Shown: positions 42,887-58,392, counted from the first letter of the stretch. The stretch is DNA of 64,000 nt from Eledone cirrhosa (GCA_964016885.1 OZ024748.1:22878001-22942000), one strand, 5' to 3'. Made by a program: numbers and translations. The notes: generated from the sequence alone by a model not told the origin.

Positions 42887-43235
42887 ATGGCCGAATGGTT
42901 AAGAATTTCGCTTCACAATCGTGAGGTCCCGGGTTCAGTCACACTGTGTGACATCTTGACCAAGTGTCATTTACCATAACCTTTGGTTGATCCATGTCTT
43001 ATTGAACCTGGGTAGACAGAAACTGTTTGGAAGCCTGTTGAGTGAACTGTAGATGTAATTCAAAGGCCCAGCCATATCACACATTGTGCCTCCCCGAATC
43101 TCCCTGAGAATTACGTTATGTGTGTGTGTGTGTGTGTGTGTGTTTATGAAATGCTCAATCCCTTACATGTTAATTTCATGGGCAGGATGCTCGGCTAAAC
43201 TTGAACTCTCATCGTCGCAACCAACTGTCCATTTC
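42887..43235 (+). mobile_element. tRNA-derived SINE
   Basis: A-box tggccgaatggt, B-box-like gggttcagtc, then tcttgaccaagtgtc. Confidence 0.6.
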
Positions 43236-44009
43236 ATCGTTACAATGTGTTTATTTTAATTATGTTGATGTTATTGCTATCATTGTTGTTGTAGTAGTTG
43301 TTATTTTTGATGTTATTTTCCTTTTTTTCTTCTATATATGTTATATATTATTGTTGTTATTGTTGTTTTTATTGTTTTTGTTATTGTCGTTGTTATTGTC
43401 GTTGTTATTGTTGTCGTTGTTATTACTGTTGTTATTGTTGTTGTTATTGTTGTTATTGTTGTTGTTATTGTTGTTGTTATTGTTGTTGTTATTGTCGTTG
43501 TTATTGTTGTTATTGTTGTTATTGTTGTTGTTATTGTTGTTGTTATTGTCGTTGTTATTGTCGTTGTTATTGTTGTTGTTATTGTCGTTGTTATTGTTGT
43601 TGTTATTGTTGTTGTTATTGTTGTTATTGTTATTGTTGTTATTGTTGTTATTGTTGTTGTTATTGTTGTTGTTATTGTTGTTGTTATTGTTGTTGTTATT
43701 GTCGTTGTTATTGTTGTTGTTATTGTTGTTGTAATTGTTGTTGTTCTTGGTTTTATCGTTGTTCTTATTGATGTTATTGTTCCTGCTGATGTTATGTCGT
43801 TGTTGTTGTTGCTGATGTTATGTCGTTGTTGTTGTTGTTGTTGTTGTTGCTGGTGTTTATACTAATTATATTGTTTTAAATCATGTTATTGTTGTTGTTC
43901 ATCATCATGTCAACCCTAAATAAACAGACCTATATTGAAAGACGTTCCAGATATGCCCGTCCTGTCATATTGTACATATATTTGTCCAAAGTGTAATTTT
44001 TTTAAAAAC

Positions 44010-44082
<73 letters not shown>

Positions 44083-44222
44083 GAACGATCGACTTTCGTC
44101 AAATCGGACTGAGGGAACAATGTTTCCGTTGGTCTTTCCAATTGCTAATACTATCTATCGATCGGTCGCAACTCCAGGTAGAAGGAGCAACGTGTATATA
44201 TATATATATATATATATACATC

Positions 44223-44523
44223 AGCTTCCTGATCATTTCTCACGAATGAAACAGTTCTAGTCCTGTAGAAGCTTTTGTATATTAAATATATATTGGCTGA
44301 AACAGGTAAAAGAGTATATATATATATATATATATATATGGCTTCTACAGGACAAGAATTTTTTCATTCGAAGGAAATCATCAGGAAAGCCTTGATGATT
44401 TCCTTCGAATGAAACAGTTCTAGTCCCGTAGAAGCCATTTCTATATTAAATTTTGTATATACTCTAAAAATGTATTGAGTACCTTGCTTACTGTGGTTAC
44501 TCCCGATTGAACGCGGAACTCAT
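44223..44523. mobile_element. Family C cluster with three hammerhead motifs: 44223-44273 (+), 44340-44391 (-), 44391-44436 (+)
   Basis: agcttc CTGATcA tttctcacgaat GAAA cag ttctagtc ct GTA gaagct. Each copy carries a different lesion; the consensus is a canonical type I motif. Confidence 0.75.
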
Positions 44524-44567
44524 ATATATATATATACATATATATATACATATATATATATATATAC

Positions 44568-44620
<53 letters not shown>

Positions 44621-44651
44621 CATATATATATACATATATATATATATATAC

Positions 44652-44762
<111 letters not shown>

Positions 44763-44789
44763 CATATATATACATATATATATATATAT

Positions 44790-44878
<89 letters not shown>

Positions 44879-45366
44879 TTGAGGGAAACTTTCGGTGTTG
44901 TTGTTACTGTTATTGTTGTTGTTGTTGTTTAGCCCCAGGTCAACCCTATCAGCCCTATTACACGAAGGTACGTAGGCCAAAGCGACGGAACGCGATCCAT
45001 TCATATACCTTGTGTTCTTCGGCTTGGGGTAGGGTAAGGTTCAGTTGCTATTGCTGTTGTTGTTGTTGTTGTTGTCATTGGTGGTGGTGGTGGTGGTGGT
45101 GGCGTGCGAGGGGTGGTGTCATAGTTTTTGTAGATTGTTGCTGTTAAATACTGTTTAGGGAATTCTCAGTTTCTATGGCGACCAAGACGCCAACGACGAC
45201 GAACACCGCCGCCGCCGCCGCCGCCGACGCCAGCATCACCATTAACAACAACAACACCAGCAACAATAACAACAACAGCAGCAACAACAGTATCATCACC
45301 TCAACCAATACCATCAATACCATTTTACATTAAACACACTACTATCATCTATACTATACATCAAAC

Positions 45367-45404
<38 letters not shown>

Positions 45405-45443
45405 CACCACCACCACCAGCAGCAGTACCTCCACCACCATCAG

Positions 45444-45475
<32 letters not shown>

Positions 45476-45538
45476 GTACCACCACCACCACCGCCACCAC
45501 CGCCACCACCACCACCAGCAGTACCTCCACCACCATCA

Positions 45539-45576
<38 letters not shown>

Positions 45577-46679
45577 CCTCCACCACCAATCACCACCATG
45601 ACCACCACCACCACCACCACCAACATCTCCATCACCACCACCAACACCACCACTACCAGCACCCCCACCAGCACCAGTACCCCCCTCTCTCTCTCTCTCT
45701 CTCCCCTCCCCATACACACACACACACCTCCACCACCACAATCACCCCCTACCCCACAAACACCCCCACCCCACCCACCACCATCACCACCACAACCACC
45801 ACCACCACCACCACCACCACCACCACCACCACCACCAACACCACCACCACCGCCGCCGCCACCACCACCACCACCACCACCACCACCACCACCACCACCA
45901 CCACCACCACCACCACCACCACCACCACCACCATCACCCCACAACCCCACCCCACCCCACCCCACCAGCACAAGCACCACCAGCACCACCATGTGTTTAT
46001 GTGTGTCTGTATGTGTGTGTATGGGTATGTCTGTGTGTGTAAGTATATGTGTGTGTGTATATGTGTGTCTATGTCTGTGTGTGTGTATATGTGCGTGTAT
46101 GTCTGTGTGTATATGTCTGTATATGTATATGTGTGCGTCTGTATATATGTGTGTATGTCTGTGTGTATACATATATGTGTGTGTGTATGTGTATGTTTGT
46201 GTATATGTGTGTGTGTATGTATGTGTGTATACGTATGTGTGTGTGTGTGCGTATGTTTGTGTGTGTGCATGTGTGTGTGTATATGTGTGTGTGTATGTCT
46301 GTGCATGTGTGTGTGTGTATGTGTGTGTATATGTGTGTGTATGTATGCGTGTATACATATATGTGCGTGTGTATATGTGTGTGCGTGTGTGTATGTTTGT
46401 GTGTGTGTGTGTATGTGTGTGTGTGTATATGTGTATGTCTGTGCATGTGTGTGTGTGCATGTGTGTGCGTGTGCGTGCGCGTGTGTGTGTGTGTGCGTAC
46501 GTTGCAGAGCACTAGCGTCTGTGTGTCTCCAGTTGTTGCAATGTGTGGCAGACAGGGTCCTCCTTGTAGAGAGGGTGGTGGTGGGGTGGGGGAGTGGGGA
46601 GAGGAGGTTTTCATTGGTTAGGGACCTAAGGGGTTGTCTTACCATAAGGATGACAGCGGCAGGTGGTAGCTGCACTGGA

Positions 46680-48232
46680 GTAGTAGTAGTGGTGGTGGTG
46701 GTGGTAGTAGTACTGCTAGTACTGGTGGTGATGGTGGTGGTAGTGGGGGTAGTAGTATTACTACTAGTTGTGGTGGTGGTAGTGTTAGTGGTAGTGGTGG
46801 TGGTGGTGGTGGTGGTGGTGGTAGTGGTGGTGGTGGTAGTGGTGGTGGTGGTGGTAGTACTGCTAGTACTGGTGGTGATGGTGGTGGTAGTGGGGGTAGT
46901 AGTATTACTACTAGTTGTGGTGGTGGTAGTGTTAGTGGTAGTGGTGGTGGTGGTGGTGGTGGTGGTGGTAGTGGTGGTGGTGGTAGTAGTACTGCTAGTA
47001 CTGGTGGTGATGGTGGTGGTAGTGGGGGTAGTAGTATTACTACTAGTTGTGGTGGTGGTAGTGTTAGTGGTAGTGGTGGTGGTGGTGGTGGTGGTGGTGG
47101 TAGTGGTGGTGGTGGTAGTAGTACTGCTAGTACTGGTGGTGATGGTGGTGGTAGTGGGGGTAGTAGTATTACTACTAGTTGTGGTGGTGGTAGTGTTAGT
47201 GGTAGTGGTGGTGGTGGTGGTGGTGGTAGTGGTGGTGGTGGTGGTGGTAGTGGTGGTGGTGGTGGTAGTACTGCTAGTACTGGTGGTGATGGTGGTGGTA
47301 GTGGGGGTAGTAGTATTACTACTAGTTGTGGTGGTGGTAGTGGTGGTGGTAGTGGTGGTGGTGGTGGTGGTGGTGGTGGTGGTGGTGGTGGTAGTGGTGG
47401 TGGTGGTAGTGGTGGTGGTAGTGCTGGTGGTGGTGGTGGTAGTAGTGGTAGTGGTGGTAGTGGTGGTGGTAGTGGTGGTGGTGGTAGTGGTGGTGGTGGT
47501 AGTGGTTGGTTGTAGTGCTGGTGGTGGTGGTGGTAGTAGTGGTAGTGGTGGTGGTGGTGGTGGTGGTGGTGGTGGTGGTGGTGGTGGCGGTGGTGGTGGT
47601 GGTAGTGGTGGTGGTGGTAGTGGCAGTGTTAGCAGTGTTATAGATATTAGTGGTGGTGGTGGTAGTGGTAGTGGTAGTGGTGGTGGTGGTGGTGGTGGTA
47701 GTGGTGGTGGTGGTAGTGGTAGTGGTGGTGGTGGTAGTGGTAGTGGTGGTGGTGGTGGTGGTAGTGGTGGTGGTGGTAGTGGTGGTGGTGGTAGTAGTGG
47801 TAGTGGTGGTGGTGGTAGTGGTGGTGGTAGTGGTGGTGGTGGTGGTGGTAGTAGTGGTAGTGGTGGTGGTGGTGGTGGTGGTAGTGGTGGTGGTGGTAGT
47901 GGCAGTGTTAGCAGTGTTATAGATATTAGTGGTGGTGGTGGTAGTGGTAGTGGTAGTGGTGGTGGTGGTGGTGGTGGTAGTGGTGGTGGTAGTGGTAGTG
48001 GCAGTGTTAGCAGTATTATTGATACTAGTTGTGATACTGGTGGTGGTGGTGGTAGTGGTGGTGGTGGTTGTAGTTGTAGTGGTGGTGGTGGTGGTAGTGG
48101 TGGTGGTGGTGGTGGTGGTAGTTGTAGTGGTGGTGGTGGTGGTAGTGGTAGTGGTGGTGGTGGTGGTAGTGGTAGTGGTGGTGGTGGTGGTAGTGGTAGT
48201 GGTGATGTTGGTGGTAAAAATATTAGTAGTAA

Positions 48233-48278
<46 letters not shown>

Positions 48279-49010
48279 CGTAGTGATGGTGGTGAAGATA
48301 TAGTGTCTGTTGGCGTGGCATGGTAGGAGTGGTGGCAGTGGTGTGTGAGGTTCTAGTGTCTGGGTGGTGGTGGGCGTAGGGGTGATAATTGTAGTGGTTG
48401 CGGTGGTATTGGTGGTAGTATATGTGGTAGTATATGTGGTAGTGGTAGAGTTAGTGGTAGTGGTAATAGTGGAGGTTGTATTAATAGTAGTAGTAGTAGT
48501 AGTGGTGGTAGTAATAGTAGTAGTGGTGGTAGTAGTAGACGTAATGGTGGTGGTGGTGATATTAATAGTAGTAGTGGTGGTGGTAGTAGTAGTGGTAGTA
48601 ATAGTGGCGGTGGTGGTGGTAGTAGTAGTGGTAAAGGGGGTGGTGCTGGTAGTAGTAGTAGTAATGGTGGTGGTGGTGATAGTAGTAGTGGTAGTGGTGG
48701 TAATAGTAGATGTAGTGGTGGTGGTGGTGGTGGTAGTAGTAGTAGTAATAATAATAATAGTAGTAGTGGTGGTAGTAATAGTAGTGGTGGTAGTAGTAGT
48801 AGTAGTAGCGGTGATGGTGGTAGTAGTAGAAGTACTTTTGGTGGTGATAGTAATAATAGTAGTAGTATTAGTAGTAGTAGTAGTAGTAGTGGTGGCGGCG
48901 GTGATGGTGGTAGCAGTGATAGTAGTAGTAACAGTTGTAGTAGTGTTGGTGGTGGTAGTAGTAGTGGTGGTAGTGGTAGTAGTGGTAGTGGTGGTATATG
49001 TAGTGGTATA
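46680..49010. repeat. (GGT/AGT)n complex triplet array with ~130-bp higher-order repeats
   Basis: Direct reading. Confidence 0.9.
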
Positions 49011-50017
49011 TTGCTGGTTGTGAGATAGCACGGGTGCCTAATTCAAGGAACACTCATACTAAGTACCAGCCTCCAACCATTTTATCTTTTTTTACACGCC
49101 AGTAGGTGGCAGTTTAATCGGGGTGGATGATGGATGCCAGAAGGAATACAGGAAAGAATCGATTAAGGTGGGGGGGGGGGGGGGGTAAATGTGTGTGTGT
49201 GGGGGGGGGGTATTGAATGGGTGGTAAATGTATGGGGAGATAGATTGGGGGTGTAGTAAAATTAGGGGCTAGAGAAGAGAGAAAAGAGAGGTGGAGTGAG
49301 TGAGAGTGAGAGAGAGGGGGAAAGAGAGAGAGAGAGAGTGAGAGAGAGAAAGAGAGAGAAAGAGAAAGAGAGAGAAAGAGAGAGAAAGAGAGAGAAAGAG
49401 AGAGAAAGAGAGAGAAAGAGAGAGAGAAGTGGAGAGATAGAGAAAGAAAGAGAGAGATAGAGAAAGAAAGAGAGAGATAGAGAAAGTGAGAGAGAAGTGG
49501 AGAGAGAAAGAAAGAGAGAGATAGAGGGAGCAAGAGAGAGAGAGAGAGAGAGTAAAAGAGAGAGAGAGAGAGAGAGAGGTTGAGGTGAGGAGAAACAACA
49601 CAGGTAGAATTTCTGTGACGACTGAAAATATAGACAGAAGCGGACGAATTGGCAGACACACACACAGACAGACATACACATACATACACATACACATACA
49701 TACATATACACATACAGATACACATACATACATATACACATACACATACACATACAGATACACATACAGACACATACACATACACATACACATACAGATA
49801 CACATACAGACACATACACATACACATGCATACACATACACATATATACACATACATATACACACATACATACAGACACATACCCATACTCAGACACATA
49901 CAGACACATACATACATACACACACATACCCATACTCAGACACATACAGACACATACATACATACATACATACACACACATAAACATACATACACACACA
50001 TACACAGACAGACAGAC

Positions 50018-50054
<37 letters not shown>

Positions 50055-50481
50055 TACAGATACACATACAGACACATACACATACACATGCATACACATA
50101 CACATATATACACATACATATACACACATACATACAGACACATACCCATACTCAGACACATACACACACATACACATACATACACACACATACACGCACG
50201 CCTACACACACTCATACACACACACACACGCACACATAATATAATGCTTTCCAGCATAGTTACGTCCCTTTACGATCTGAGTTCAAATCCCACCGAGGTT
50301 AACTTTGCCTTTCATCCTTACGGGGTCGATAAAATAAAGTACCAGTAATGCACTGGGGTCAATTTAATCGACTTTCCCCTCCCCCAATATTGCTGGTCTT
50401 GTGCCTATATAACAAACCATTATATTATATATATAAGGGAACAAAGAATCAGTGTTGCATTATATATATATACTGTGTGTG

Positions 50482-50644
<163 letters not shown>

Positions 50645-50891
50645 TTAACGGACAGAAAGTAAGCAAGAGACAAAGTGAGGTAGAGTGGGCGTTAGAGAGA
50701 GAGGAAGGTAGAGAGAAAGAGAGCTACAGAAAGAGACAGAGAGAGACAGAGAGCGATACAGAGAGATTGAGAGAGAGAGAGAGAGAGAGAGATAGAGGGA
50801 GAGATAGCGGGAGAGAGAGATAAATAATAGAAAGATATTGATACAAGTTGTAGACAGTGTGTATTATAAATATGATGACAGATGCTTTTCA

Positions 50892-50959
<68 letters not shown>

Positions 50960-51091
50960 GTAGAAGTTCTATTTAAATTGTTGGGATACAACAAGCAAAT
51001 ATTTTTATAACTGATATAAAGCACCCAACAAATTATTGGAGTAAAAATACGATATATTAACAAATGGAAACTATATTTATAAAACCATATT

Positions 51092-51156
51092 TATTTCATT
51101 ATACATATTTCAAGGACACCAAGTTAAATTATGGTGTGCTTTCATCAGATAAAATA
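51092..51156 (-). ncRNA. Type I hammerhead ribozyme (family I)
   Basis: tattttat CTGATGA aagc acacca taatttaact tggtgt cctt GAAA tatgt ATA atgaaata. Confidence 0.8.
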
Positions 51157-51311
51157 TAATATAGAGCAGTTTTATTAATAAATATTGACATACCCTTAAA
51201 GAATGCGACCATTTCTGTTGGAAGCTCCCGGATAGTGGGGTTGTAAATTTATTTATACTATTATGCAAATTATGCATATATATATATATATGCATATATA
51301 TATATATATTA

Positions 51312-51357
<46 letters not shown>

Positions 51358-51423
51358 ATTTGATTTAATCCCTGCTACATGCTTAGAATTACTCCATCAG
51401 TAAATATTTCTTATTTCATACCT

Positions 51424-51454
<31 letters not shown>

Positions 51455-52039
51455 ACACACACACACACACGCCTACACCCCCCACACTCACACGCACTCA
51501 CACACACTCACACACATACACATATACAGAATGAAATTGAGTAATGAAATAAAATGTCTTCTAAACTAAAATTTCACAAATTGTCATTCTGGGTTTTACG
51601 TTTTATCGGTTCTCAATCAATAAAATAATTCCAACGACTTTATATACCTTCAGCATTAACCTCCATATCTAAAGTGACTATATCGTAATTACTTTAGATA
51701 TGGTTAATGATATATTTAGATAGCTTTAGTTGGAGCGAGTAGCACCACCAAGCTATGTCGCCCAAATTTCATTCGTAAGGAATATTCAAATATCTTTAAA
51801 AAAAAAAAAAATACGATTCATGCAAAAAACGTGAGATGCACGTTAGTCCCGAAAAACACAAGAATCCGCAAACAAAACTAAACTATAAATAAAACAATAA
51901 ACAACAAAACAAATTTACCCCCCCCCCCCCCCCCCCCACCATCACCACACCCAAATCAAAACAATCAATAACGTTTCGTTTCGTTTTGAATACGTATCAG
52001 TATAATTCGGGGCTTTCTGGTATTCAAGAGTTGGGTATT

Positions 52040-52400
52040 TTAAAATATTTCAACAAATATTTTGATTTACGAAGACAAAATCCATTAGTTCTGAAATGGT
52101 GTTTAAAATAGATTTCCCTGGCAGCCGCATATTCATTTTCTTTCAAATACAAAGATCTCAGCCATACTTCCTCTGGGTGTAAGGTTAGGTATGTTGTATT
52201 GTCTTGCAAATAAATGTATTTGAAAAAAAAAAAAAAAAAAAATTGCGTACAATAATAATAATATTTCAGGATTCTGAAAGGATGAAGATGTTGACTGAAT
52301 CTTATTTTGAAAGGGATCTCAGTCAGTCCTATATAATTCTTAGTATTTATTAATGATTTATTAATTACTCTCTCATTGAGTGCTTTGTAACAGCCTTCAA
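52040..52400 (-). pseudogene. Penelope-like GIY-YIG endonuclease remnant
   Basis: NYIGLTEIPFKIRFSQH; decayed PY..DLC motif in another frame. Confidence 0.65.
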
Positions 52401-52464
52401 GAATCGATTGCGAATCTGCTACTCGCAGCTGCAACTTCGGTTATACTCATTATATATATATACA

Positions 52465-52498
<34 letters not shown>

Positions 52499-52556
52499 CT
52501 GTTTCTACTTTAGGCAATAGGCCAGCAATTACCCAGTTCTTTATATATATATATTC

Positions 52557-52624
<68 letters not shown>

Positions 52625-53230
52625 CGTTTACCATTAATAATCTGTGACAAACGTGTTATCTCTTCTCCCTCCTTAATTTAAATGGCTTACATTTTTTAAC
52701 ACGATATCTTACTTTCTTCTTCTTCTTCCTTTTTTCTCTTCCTTTTCTTCTTTTCTTTTCCATTCTCCAGACTTTCCTGCTATAAGAAGCACCTCACTTT
52801 TTCCTAACTTCACATAAATTGTATTTACTCTTTTACTCTTTTACCCGTCCCAGCCATCCAGTTGAGGCCATGCTGGAGCACCACCTGTGTACATGTTATA
52901 GCTTAATTGCAATAAATTAGTGTTTTGTATTCCGTCTTTTACTCCACTGGACAGCGTTTGGTATATGTCAGACGCTATGACCCCGGGTGTACTAGTAGTA
53001 TTATTGTTAGGGGTCGAAAATGCCAAAGTCCACCTCAATGGCAGATGACCCTGGTTTTGGCTCTTTCGTATGTATTTTTTTATTAAAAGAAACGTTTTTA
53101 AAGTTCCCTTAAAAAATTGTTTTTCTTTTTGACATGTCTTCGTTTGTTGTCTTGTTCTTTGTTAGTTTTCCTAAGTTTATCATATATATATGCATATATA
53201 TATATACATACATGAGCATGTATATATATA

Positions 53231-53348
<118 letters not shown>

Positions 53349-53355
53349 TATATAC

Positions 53356-53448
<93 letters not shown>

Positions 53449-53468
53449 AATATATATATATATATATG

Positions 53469-53532
<64 letters not shown>

Positions 53533-53538
53533 TATATA

Positions 53539-53631
53539 AAGGTTGTCCCCCCAAAAAAATGTATACACACTTTGATTACCTGTACAGGCAACATTTATTA
53601 GAATGTGTATACATTTTTTGGAGACACTCTG
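53539..53631. mobile_element. ~93 bp Tc1/mariner-type MITE
   Basis: tgtccccccaaaaaaatgtatacac vs gtgtatacattttttggagacactctg; TA flanks. Confidence 0.6.
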
Positions 53632-53647
53632 TATATATATATATAAT

Positions 53648-54415
53648 TTGCCGCACAATGATCTGGTAACTACTAAGCTATCCTATCTCTTCTTTAAACT
53701 TATAGACGAACACTTTCCCCCAACACACAAATTCCATAGAATACTCAATAGAGACACGATCCGACTATCCTATTCCACCACAGCTAATCCGGGCAACGTC
53801 GTCATGAAATTGAATAACAAGCGTCTCTGCAGAAACCCAGAATACTCTGAACCCTCAGCAGCATCCGCAGCCTTCAACACTGAGCAGGCCGACGCCCACA
53901 AATACCAACGTCTCTTCCACTTTGCGCGCATATCCGGAGCAACAACAAAATACCTAGAATAACACCCCCAACACAGGAACTGGAGAAGAAACCACACACT
54001 ATACACGGACAAACTGTATCTGCAGAAATCCCAGCAATTGTCAGGTAAATGTTTGTACAAAAACATAATTTACCAATGTGTGGTAAAATTTAAACTGGGA
54101 ATAAATAAACATGTGGGTTCCACTTCGAATATTTTCAAGGAAAGATGGTATGTGCACACCCACACGTTAAAAAACCCCAGATCTACGGCGCTGGTGAAAA
54201 AAAAATCTGTCATCTGAAGCGCCGTAATATTAAATACACACTACAATGGTCCGTGCTAAAATTCGCCCGTCCATACAGGAATGAAAGACACCCATGTGAA
54301 TTATGTTAGATGGAGGTAATTGGAATAGCGACCAGAAAGGACCTTCTAAATTCCCGACACGATAGGATATTTAATTGCAAACACAAAGTTCTAAAAAACC
54401 TTCGCTACATACAAA
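53648..54415 (+). pseudogene. 5'-truncated Penelope-like element: RT C-terminal linker, CxC motif and GIY-YIG endonuclease (frameshifts and stops)
   Basis: LIDEHFPPTHKFHRILNRDTIRLSYS; NCICRNPSNC; KCLYKNIIYQC; HVGSTSNIFKERWYVH; WSVLKFARPY..CELC; LNSR..CKH. Begins at (TA)n and is followed by a pyrimidine-rich 3'UTR. Confidence 0.85.
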
Positions 54416-55025
54416 CTAGACTAGAACAAGATTCGATCCCTAATACCTAGGTTTTACTACACCCTATTTAGTACTTTTCCTGTAACATTTGAACTTTTCA
54501 CACCTACCCAAAGAATTCAATAATATTCAAAACCATCTCATTTTCCTCCCTCCCACTCCCACCTACTCTTAATTTCTACCCTCTCCTTTTCAGTCCTTCT
54601 CTTTATACCTTCTCTACCCTCTCAACCATATATGGCAAACATCAAAACCTTCACCCATACCAATGGTCAAAGAATAATTGTTCCACATCCCAGCACACAG
54701 ATTGATAATGTGAAACTCTTTACCACTACTCCCTCTCCTCTCTACTACCACACTCACTGACTGTATTTCATTCTAATTTTTAACTTATTTACATTTTCTT
54801 AAACGAAAATTCCATTGCTAAATTCTACCGCGTAGTGAATAGTTGACTTCCACTATTATAGGCTTTCTGATAAAGTATAATAAATAATTAAGTATTGCAT
54901 ATGAATGAACAATATATATTGTAGTCAGCATATGTAGACAATTATAACAGAGACAGAAACATATGTTAAAGCAAATAAATTCCTAATCTCCACCATACCG
55001 ACATTTTATTTTTCTTGGTGCATTA

Positions 55026-55112
<87 letters not shown>

Positions 55113-55493
55113 ATCATTAGAATGTTGTCGTCTAAATGAAAATGATTATAACAATAGTTGATCACAATGAATAATAGTTGAAATAATCGAGTAAACTACC
55201 TTTGGAGATGGCAAACAAATAGAGGTACTTTACCTGATTGTCTTAAGGGCGGTGGATTGGTAGAATCGTCAGAGCGTCGGGCGTCGACCAGTTTACTCGA
55301 CTAGTCATTCCCCCAAATGTCGGGAGCACTACAATACAGCACCAGTTTAGTCGACTGGCCATTCCCCCAAATGTCTGGCCTTGTGTCTATGTTAGAAAAT
55401 ATAAAGTATGCATTATGTACTTTAATTATATATATTCTTTATTAATTTTTCATTATTTTGTAATTAATTTTACATTATTCAAATTATTTTCTA

Positions 55494-55591
<98 letters not shown>

Positions 55592-55709
55592 TGTATTTTT
55601 ATTCTTGTTTCGATATTTGCCATTACAACCATTGCTTTATTTCTTCTTCCATCCATCCTTACTTTACAACCATTACATTTTCATAACATTTTTTTTCCAA
55701 ACCCTCTTT

Positions 55710-55798
<89 letters not shown>

Positions 55799-55989
55799 TT
55801 TCATCTTAAATATACTTTTAATTACTTAATTTCGTAATTATAAAATTCTTAATCATTATTTCCTATTTTTTAATGTTAATTTATAATATTAAATTTATCA
55901 CGAAAAGATTAAATTCATTTTCTAATTTTGAAACTCGCCCCAAACAAATAAATAGATTGGTGCTAATCGATAGTTGGTTGAAACAGTAA

Positions 55990-56235
55990 GGAAGGGGAAA
56001 CTTCAGTATGTTGGTCAGGGCCCAAGATTTCACTACCCACATCCTTGAGGGACGAATATAAGGGAAAAGGGCCACGGGACGATAGAAAGGGAGATGGACA
56101 GATGATATAAAGGAATGGACAGGAATGAGTTTGGCGGAATGTACGGCAATGGCAAGAGACAGGAAAAGGTGGGGAGTGCTGGTCTATGAGTCTATGACCC
56201 CCGACCCTCAGATATGAGGATGGGATGAGGCTAGG
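55990..56235 (+). mobile_element. RTE (BovB-like) LINE 3' end
   Basis: ILEGRI*GKRATGR*KGRWTDDIKEWTGMSLAECTAMARDRKRW, followed by an (AGAT)n-like tail. Confidence 0.75.
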
Positions 56236-56686
56236 TTAGATAGATGGAAATAAGCCATACAGATTGATAGATAGAAACAGATAGATATAGATAGATATAT
56301 AGATAGATATATAGATAGATATATAGATAGATATATAGATAGATATATAGATATGCATATCTGCATTTGCATAAACATGTAAATAGTTATATAAATAGGC
56401 ATAAAAGTACAAAGGCAAGTAAATAAATATATAGACATATAGATATACAGACATATAGAGTGGTAGATAAATAGACAGACTGGCATCCTCATTGATAAAA
56501 GAGTGAAGAAAATTGATTGAACATGATTTAAGTTTTTTCTCTATCTGAGATAGAACGTTAGTGATGCTCCACAAGTAAATATATCTCTTCTACTTTCAGA
56601 TTATTCACGAACACGCTTTCAACTAAAGAACACGTTGGACATGTCCTACTCCCCTAGTTTGATAGAACGATCAATGTAGGTATTAT

Positions 56687-56957
56687 TAAAGTCTGTCTTA
56701 AGCCAGAAGGCTCGTTAGGCCGATGCTTATCCCGGTTTCATGGGGTGAAGCGACTGAGAGTTCAAGACTCCCCCCCCCCCCTCCCGGACTGGACGCCTGG
56801 ACCTTGCAGGGTTAAACACCCAGCTATTTCTGGCACACATTTTCAGTCGAGTATACTGCAGAAACGTGAAATGAAGTGTTTTGCTCAAGAACACAACACG
56901 TAAACCAGCCAAGGAATCGAATCCACGAAATTATGATCGTAAGTCCACCACCCTTAC
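56687..56957 (-). mobile_element. SINE, same family as 14114-14369
   Basis: Shared taaagtctgtcttaagccagaagg end and body. Confidence 0.8.
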
Positions 56958-57346
56958 ATCAATGTAGGTGCCGCAGAGAAATATATCCAGGGTATTTATG
57001 GGGTAGATGAAGTATGTGAAAGAAGATATAGAAGCTAGATTTTCTACTTCAGAACTGGGGCCATCAACATAGAGCAGGGTTTCTCAAAATTTTTCAAACG
57101 CGGAACTCTCTTTGGTTCAGAAACTTTTGGGGGAACTCCAAAGTCTAATACTGTTATATGGTCGTAATATAAATATATTCCTCAACCTTTTTTCACAGCA
57201 CCCAAGACACTCCTTTGCGGAACTTACTTTGGGAATTACTGGCATTAAGGATGAACCAATGGAGGGTCTTCTAATTAGATTCAGTGAAGCAGAGGAAGTG
57301 GTGGCTGCTGCAAAAATTACAATTACCTGTCTGTAGAGACCTACAA

Positions 57347-57889
57347 CAGGGGTCGGTATCCCCCGGCCCGCGGGCCTCATCCGGCTAGCGAATAATTTTT
57401 GTCCGGCCCGCCAACAGGTTTCAATCTTAGGCTAAGCGATCTCTGAAAACGTGCTCCGAATTATTTTGGATTAGAATACCGACTAGAGAACAAGTTTAAC
57501 CACAAGACTTACTTAGCTGAATATAATTTTTCGTGACAGTAATAGATAATTGTTTCTACTTTTTGGCACAAGGCTAGCAATTACCCAGTACATTACTGGT
57601 ACTTTATTTTATCGACCCCGTAAGGATGAAAGGCAAAGTTAACCTTGGCGGGATTTACAGATAGTATCTCATTAAACAATTTACCATTTCTACTTGTATT
57701 TTATTTGTAGTAAGGAATGTCATTAATGTAATATCACATAACATTCATTGTTCTTCTTTAAATCCTGAGATTAAGGAAGCCTTCTGGACAGTCTGCGGTT
57801 GAGCAATTTGATTATATTTTGATATGGCCCGCCGACGAGACACTGCATAGCAATGTGGCCTGAAAACACCAAAAGGTTGCCGACCTCTG
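57347..57889. mobile_element. hAT (Charlie-like) MITE with a nested SINE fragment
   Basis: TIRs caggggtcggtatc / ggttgccgacctctg; 8-bp TSD acctacaa / acctaaaa; ggcccg subterminal motifs. Confidence 0.85.
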
Positions 57890-58392
57890 ACCTAAAACAT
57901 GTTCCTTACTATAGCAACGTTTGCTGGTTGGGGGGACAGTCATTACTATAGATAAGAAGCGGATCCTTTATCTTAATGTTAAGTGGTGTTGTCAGTGATT
58001 TAGTCGTAGTTATAGATACTAGCAGAAAAACCACCTTAGGGTGGTTTTCTGCTAGCATGTGTAGTGTGTATATTGATATTATACGCAAGTATATATGCAT
58101 GTAGATATGATACATCAAATAAAATCGTAATTGACAATATACACAGAAATTGAACGAAGACTTCGTTTCACTATCTTATGTAATCAGTAACATAATCTAT
58201 GTTACATTTACAAAAAGATGATATTATATATAAAATGCATTAGGAGAAAATTAACTGAGTTAGATAGTCACCTGTGGAGGGAAATTCGGGCTCACAAGGG
58301 AGCGGGCGAAGGATCCAAGAACACCCTCTTTGTCCGTTCCCTTGTCGTTCCAATTTGGATTGCATCGGGAACGTAACCTTATTATGTAGGAA

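Noticed and set aside
45175-45333. Short ATG ORF MATKTPTTTNTAAAAAA..
   Set aside because: Low complexity, early stop, no splice donor support.
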